64,000 bases of DNA, taken from assembly GCF_947568905.1 (NCBI RefSeq), contig NC_079165.1:28272001-28336000 (forward strand). Direction: 5' to 3'. The stretch comes from Ostrea edulis (taxonomy: Eukaryota). Below, piece by piece: positions 57,731-64,000 of this stretch. The notes beneath the pieces were generated by a model, which did no database searches, was not told the origin of the DNA, and saw nothing but the letters and a program-made list of their open reading frames with translations. Position 1 is the first letter of the stretch. Each line of letters starts with the position of its first letter. The translations under genes were made by a program, and so were the position numbers.

Positions 57731-60510
57731 TAAATTTGTGGGCTCTACAGACACAAAAAAGGTCCAACTATTCATCTGTTCTTCAAATGATGACCGAATT
57801 TTACCTTCAAAATACTAATATATATGAATAATGTTGTATCTGTACAATAACATCAAATTCGGTCATCAGAGTTTAAAGTGCTTACAAGGAATTGCCACTT
57901 CCGCTTGGGGTCAAAACTTATTAAAAATGGAATATAGTAAACAAGATGATAATTTTGATATCGACCGAGTCAAAAACGTACAGATGTAATATAAACATGA
58001 ATAAGATCATGATATCGACCAGAGAGTCCAGAGATGGGAAACAAAGAAAGCAGACAGGAAGTTTGTAAAAGAAGAGATAGCTCCGGTGTCGTATTGCTTC
58101 GTGATTGTCTAAATTCGGTGAACTAACGATTGGTATAGACAACAAAAATATGCTAAAAACCTGACGGGGGTATGTGGTTCCTTTTTAGTTAGATAATTAG
58201 TACTTTGATTATGTCATTGAAGACATTTAGGCATAGTGGGAATTATCTCAATCATGAAAAGAAAACAAAAAAATCACACTACGGGTATTGTGGTGATCCG
58301 TGAGCGAGCATGTGTTGTGGTTTTCTACCTGTGAGGAAACATGCAATATCATAAAACACTTGAAACCATCCGTCGTCACTGCTTTCTGCGGTATTTCTCA
58401 TAGTCTGCCCAAGTCCTTCCCACAAAATCCATTCATAGTGTTAGTGAAAAATCAATGTAAAACAACCTATCTGACCCTACTAATTCATCGTCAGCAGTGG
58501 GTGTGTTTGAATTGGAGAAAGTATTCTTATCTCTTTATAAAAAAAACACTGCTAAATCCGATCCAATATTTAATTAATACTATTAGCATTTGACCGCTTT
58601 AGGGATGGGAATGGTTGCATGTTTTCTGTGCGCCGTTTGGCGTTCGTTCAAACAATGCACCCTGACTATTTTAAAATAGTTTCCTTATACATTTTGTGAA
58701 TGTACATTTAAATCAAACTCTCGCCCGTCGTGGATTGTATTACAAGGAGTGTACAGGTCACATTTTACATACCATACATTCAACACCTGTACTCAGACCT
58801 GTATATCGGTGTTAGTCGGTCGCGTGCCAATCTAGACGGTATCCATGTCCAAGAGTTTGTGGTCAATACCACTAATTACGTCACATAAATCGCCAATTAC
58901 GTCACATTTTTATGTTTATCTATTCGGAACGCAGCAGTTTTGTCAATAATCCATCAGTCTCTCAAAGACAGAATCAGTTAAGACACGAACATTGCTCTAC
59001 CAAACTTTCTGTTCATTTATTCATTCGGACATGAAAATAATGGCGACAGACTCTTTTGTTTGCCTTCGTAAATCGATGTTTGTTTTGAACGACGCGCCGA
59101 GTTAAGGAATAATATTGGCACATATAATATGGTAAATAATCTCTATCTACAGCCGCAATCGATGTTTTGTGATTCGTACCAAGCCAATTTCCGACAGTCC
59201 CCGTGGTACCCCTCTAATGGGCCGCTTCTGTAACTATTGGATAACCAGAGTTCCTGCAATGTCTGCTGCAGATCAGCAACCAAGATCACATCTTATACAC
59301 TTCTTCCAAATATACCAATATATTTACATTTCCAGTGTTTTTACCCTTCAAATCTTAACCAATTGAAATGACAGCCACTTCCTCATGCATGCATGTGCTT
59401 ATAAATCTTTATAAATATAGCACGGCTATTCTAACGACTGGCAATGTTCCGACAAAAATTAAAGTAAAATATAAATCTAAAAGATTTCATCTTTGAAAAT
59501 ATATGAGGGTATGAAAACCAACGCTTCACGCCAGCAATCTTTTCATGTATGCTGGCGTAAAGCATCGCAGTTCATAGTTATCAGAAATATTAGTTAAGTT
59601 TTTAAGAAACTGAAATCAAAACGAAATTCAAAAGAAATAAAATATTATGAAAAGAAGCATTATAATATTAAAGATGATAAAAGATATTCATATAAATACA
59701 TTGTTTTAAAATCTATCATATTTTATTATAATTCACAACCAATTTAAGACAAAAAATGTTGAGGACAAACTCCATTAACTATGCACTTTTATACACACCT
59801 CAACAAAGAAACGAACAAATATACCGAGACATGTCATCCATTAGGCTGTCGTTAAATACAGAGCATAGCACGACAACCAGGTTATAATGAAGCCATATTG
59901 CAGCAGGAAGACAACCGAGATGCAGTTTGAATAAAGACTTCCGGCTCGAGGTGTTTGACAAATCGTACACGGATTAAATATCATAATCAATATAGACGCA
60001 GATAAAAATGATTGTTATTGTTTTTAATAACGATAATATTACTAGTATATGCAATAATGTACAATACATGTCAGCTGATGATATTACGATCATGAATAAT
60101 TATATGTCCATTTAACAGATTTTTGTCATCTTTCGAGAGACTAGTAAAGAGTTTGACGATGTAGACAGACTTTTATTAAAGTAATAAAAGCACATTAACA
60201 TATGTATAAAACATATCGGTAGTTCATCAGCGTGGCCGCATGGCTCCCGGGTACACCTAATGTCAGTGAAGAATTGTTAACGCTTGCTTATCAGCCGAAT
60301 CCGTTGTCAAGGTGCGACCTAAATGTGTCGATTAACTGATCAGGCTTGATGACAATGGCATCCATATCCCGAGGGTGGGAGGGAAAGTGAGAAAAACAAA
60401 TGTTGCATGATGACAGTAATTACATATATATTACCAAAGGTTACGATGTTCAGGATTTAGATAAAAAGAAAATCCCTAGGTGTCTGTCATGCAAAGTAAG
60501 GTGATTACGA

Positions 60511-60549
60511 CCAATCGCGTCACTGGTTTTAAATGTAGCTCCGCCCCCA
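60511..60549 (+). promoter_or_regulatory. CCAAT box plus GC box, candidate promoter upstream of ANKRD50
   Basis: GACCAATCG at 60509-60517 and CTCCGCCCCC at 60539-60548, about 1.4 kb before the ATG. This is a motif match only. Confidence 0.3.
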
Positions 60550-61920
60550 CCGTCTGATCAACATTCTTTGTGCGGGCCTGTGATAAAAATAAACTTACGA
60601 GAGCATGGGAAATATCTATTGAATGAAACATAGTGTATTGAGATTGACCAGGCAGCGGACGTTAGTAAATAGTGTTCGTTAATCGCTATAAATCTATCGG
60701 ACATGTCACTGGTTCTGAATCTTGTGAATGTTCTGTGCTGAGTGTGGATGACTGAATTTATCTTTATTATGGTAGGTATTTCTCTGTTCTCACAATTGTA
60801 CTATATTTTCAGACTAGTGATATAAAAATCAGGTTATACATGTTTAATCGTTCGCATTTTTAAAATTATTAAGTACCCTGTTTGCATATTGATATCTGGA
60901 TCTCGGCATTGCGACAAAAAGCCCTTGCAGAGTTCGTATTGATTTTTTTATTCTGGAGGTTGAATCTGATTTCTAATGTAACGCACGTGTTGGCACTGAT
61001 CACGATCAATATATTTCGTCTTGGGGTGATTTCTGTCAAATCTGACGATTAAATCTGTAAATACTCTACCGAAGATTTTCACAATTACCCCATCCTTGCA
61101 TGTGTGTGAAATTGTTTGTAGGACGACCTTTTTATCGAGAAATGACGATCATTATAATAATACCAGCACAAATCCTCGGCAATCATATCGTTAATGAAAA
61201 CAATTATCAAAACCTACCAGTCGACGCAGCGAGTTTTGAAAACAGCAGTCTGTGAGAACAGTCGCGACTTCAGCTGCATGTACTGAAGAAGTTTTTTTTT
61301 TATCGCTCTATCAACGCTATATCATTATCGCTTTCCCATGACTGCAATTCAGCAGCTAAATTCTACAGCAGAAAATGGTCTTCGTGAAGCTGTACAGAAT
61401 TGAATTGCCGTAAAATAGCGACAGATATGGCGGAGAATATTTTGTCAGGGGTCAAGGATGAAAATTTTTCTGACTAGCCAAAATATACGTCTGTTTGGGG
61501 TAAGGGATGTCTTGTCCGCTATCTGAAAGGTGTTATCTTAATAGGCCGCTAACGATTAATACTAATCTTCTCCTGATTGTGAGCAGAAGATAAGTGTGTT
61601 ATATGTCTGTCATTTACTGGGTTAATTCGCTATGGCTCGTTTTCTGCAGCAGCTGTGATGAGGCATCGATCAGAGCAGGAGCACAGGGACAGGCATAGGA
61701 AGTACACGGTTTACACCACCACTCACAGCAATAAATAGTTCTTATTCGTCACACTAAATTTAATTATGTCAAACCTTACTCAACTCCCGGACTAGAGGTT
61801 TAAAAACACATTACGTACAATTGCGCTTGTGTCACGCAATAATTGCACTTAATATTTGTCATTTACAGAGTGAGGGAGGAGAGCGCTGCAGACGGTTAGA
61901 GGAATGAAATATTCGCAACG

Positions 61921-64000
61921 ATGACGGAGTGTCTACTGAAAGAGAAGAGTTTCTTCTGCCGGGAATGGGCTTTTAGCAAAATCAACCACTGTTTGGAAAG
62001 TCGCCCAACCTCCAAGACATGCGGGGCTCTCATCATGGGGGGTCCAGGATGTGGGAAGACCGCAGTCGGCTGCGAACTGGTTTGGCCCACCGTGCCCCAA
62101 GGTAAACAGACTCTGCTGAATAAGCGGCTGCTGGGCTACCACTTCTGTCAGGCACATGACATCGATAGTTTGTCACTGACCAGTTTTGTAAGTGGGTTAG
62201 TCGAACAATTGTCCAAGTCGGAATTAATAACAGGGTACTGCGAGAAGATAGCGACTGCTGAAGCCAAACGATTACGTCGCCCCTCAGAAATCGAACGCAA
62301 CCCCGATGAAGCCTTTCAAGAACTCGTGATAAAACCCCTGTCTTCCATTAAGCCCCCAAATCAAACACTGTTTACTTTAGTGGACTCTGTAGACGAGTCG
62401 TATTTACAGTCACTGAACGACCGGACGACCGGAAGTAAAACGATAGCTGAACTCCTCGCCAACAATCACAACAGTTTTCCAAGCTGGCTTCTTTTAGTGT
62501 GCTCGTCACGGAAACAAAGCAAATCAGTGACCCGGATGTTCACTGGTTTCCGGAAGATAAGTTTGGATGACCTCCGGAAGTCGCATGTAGTCCGAGATGT
62601 CCAGCAATATATTTTGTGTAGACTTGACCTTGAGGAAGACCTCCGCCAGCATTTGAGTCGTGACACGGCGGAAATGCTAAATCAGCTACACATCAAAAGT
62701 AATGGGTGTTTTCTTTACCTGGAGAAAGTTTTAGACGGGGTAGCTGAGAAATTCATCATGTTACGGGAGATCCGTGAAATCCCGGGGACGCTTAATGGCC
62801 TTTATTTGTGGCTCTGTCAGCGATTATTTGTGCGGAAACAATTTTCTAAAATTCAGCCAATTTTGAACGTGATTCTCGCCTCCAGAAAACCTTTAACCGA
62901 GGAACAGTTATTTTCGTGTGTACAAACGTCAAATCTTGCACTAACAAAGGAAGATTTTGACAAGAGAATGGACTTGCTTTCAAAAATATTAATTGAGGGA
63001 AACGAAGCTACTAAAATTTTATTTCACCACAGCTTTGCCGAATGGCTTCTGGATGTGAAGCATTGCACCCAAAAGTACCTGTGTACCGCTTCAGAAGGCC
63101 ATGGGATGTTAGCGATGCATTACACTGCAAACGCTGAAAATCTCATCGCTGCTGAGGTTCAGGATTTCACTTGGCATCTGGTGAGAACCAACTTTGTGGA
63201 ACCGATTCAAACATACCATCTTACACAGTGGTTATTAGTCAGTGGCGCAGATGTAGAAAACAGTTTATCAGCCGGTGTTCCGAAAGAACAAAAGGTAGTG
63301 AAACTTTTATTAGATGCCGGGGCTAAAATGCCGATAGATGCCGAAGAGGCAGAGTGTGCTAGTCTCCAAGCCAGCATGATTGAAGAGGTGGAATCCGGTG
63401 ACCAGATTTTGGAGGATGTGGACGTCCAAATTAATGAGGTGGACGGAACCGGCAGGACATTGTTGCATACAGCAGCCTACGAAGGAAATCTTGATTTAGT
63501 GAATCTTCTTTTGACGAAAGGGGCAAACATTGAGGCGGTAGATCGCAGCGGACAGACACCGTTAAATTTAGCGTCACGTCAAGGTCACGGGACAGTCGTA
63601 GCGACGCTTCTCAGTGCTTCCGCGTCAGTGAATTCTACGGATTGTGAAGGGTGGACTGCTCTGCGGTCAGCGGCCTGGGGTGGGCACACGGCCGTCGTGT
63701 GTCTGCTGTTAGACTGTGGTGCAGATGTGAACTATGCTGATAAAGACCAACGGACAGCGCTTCGTGCCGCCGCTTGGGGTGGACACGAAGACATAGTTCT
63801 TCGTCTGCTAGAGCACGGAGCAAATGTGAACAAGGCCGATATCGAAGGTCGTACGGCGTTGATTGCTGCTGCGTACATGGGTCACTCGGAAATCGTCCAG
63901 CATTTACTAGAGTACAAAGCGGATATAAATCACGAAGACTGTGATGGCCGAACAGCGCTGTCGGTCGCGGCATTGTGTATTCCGGCCAGCGAAGGACACG
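61921..64000 (+). CDS. ANKRD50: Ankyrin repeat domain-containing protein 50 (P-loop NACHT-like domain plus ankyrin repeats), 5' part, runs off the window
   Basis: The frame is open for 693 codons from ATG 61921, with an upstream in-frame TAG at 61897 and a splice acceptor at 61868. It reads [20 protein letters not shown], Walker [37 protein letters not shown], then ankyrin repeats ([39 protein letters not shown]) characteristic of ANKRD50. Confidence 0.93.
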   Translation, partial: MTECLLKEKSFFCREWAFSKINHCLESRPTSKTCGALIMGGPGCGKTAVGCELVWPTVPQGKQTLLNKRLLGYHFCQAHDIDSLSLTSFVSGLVEQLSKSELITGYCEKIATAEAKRLRRPSEIERNPDEAFQELVIKPLSSIKPPNQTLFTLVDSVDESYLQSLNDRTTGSKTIAELLANNHNSFPSWLLLVCSSRKQSKSVTRMFTGFRKISLDDLRKSHVVRDVQQYILCRLDLEEDLRQHLSRDTAEMLNQLHIKSNGCFLYLEKVLDGVAEKFIMLREIREIPGTLNGLYLWLCQRLFVRKQFSKIQPILNVILASRKPLTEEQLFSCVQTSNLALTKEDFDKRMDLLSKILIEGNEATKILFHHSFAEWLLDVKHCTQKYLCTASEGHGMLAMHYTANAENLIAAEVQDFTWHLVRTNFVEPIQTYHLTQWLLVSGADVENSLSAGVPKEQKVVKLLLDAGAKMPIDAEEAECASLQASMIEEVESGDQILEDVDVQINEVDGTGRTLLHTAAYEGNLDLVNLLLTKGANIEAVDRSGQTPLNLASRQGHGTVVATLLSASASVNSTDCEGWTALRSAAWGGHTAVVCLLLDCGADVNYADKDQRTALRAAAWGGHEDIVLRLLEHGANVNKADIEGRTALIAAAYMGHSEIVQHLLEYKADINHEDCDGRTALSVAALCIPASEGH

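Noticed and set aside
63635-63973. 112-aa minus-strand ORF (also 61896-62157 and 62466-62666)
   Set aside because: These are antisense to ANKRD50.

Overview
This is AT-rich, repeat-dense eukaryotic DNA with spliceosomal introns. The repeat families point to a bivalve, probably an oyster (inference). Host genes: an intronless RING-Bbox-Bbox-CC-NHL TRIM gene (5591-7552 +), a six-exon Myb/SANT-like gene of the Harbinger ORF2 type (12329-15597 +), a minus-strand gene for a protein of about 628 aa with 7 MYND fingers and an unnamed C-terminal domain (30584 to 18333), and the 5' part of ANKRD50 (61921 to the window end; absent from the ORF track because it has no stop). The most notable feature is a complete 7,063-bp DNA transposon (18695-25757; 19-bp GG..CC TIRs, TTAA TSD, Kolobok-like) lying antisense inside the last, GC-AG intron of the MYND gene. 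It carries a 10-exon gene that fuses a DDE transposase to a DEDDh 3'-5' exonuclease, and one in-frame TGA interrupts this gene. Other notable structures are a 706-bp element with perfect 92-bp TIRs, a 9-bp TSD and an intact zinc-finger/coiled-coil mini-ORF; three ~650-bp TIR elements stacked end to end at one target site; and a 43-bp satellite grown from a MITE terminus. SINEs, LINE 3' fragments, Helentron-type elements, MITEs and minisatellites are scattered throughout. All gene models and alignments were made by eye and no database search was run.
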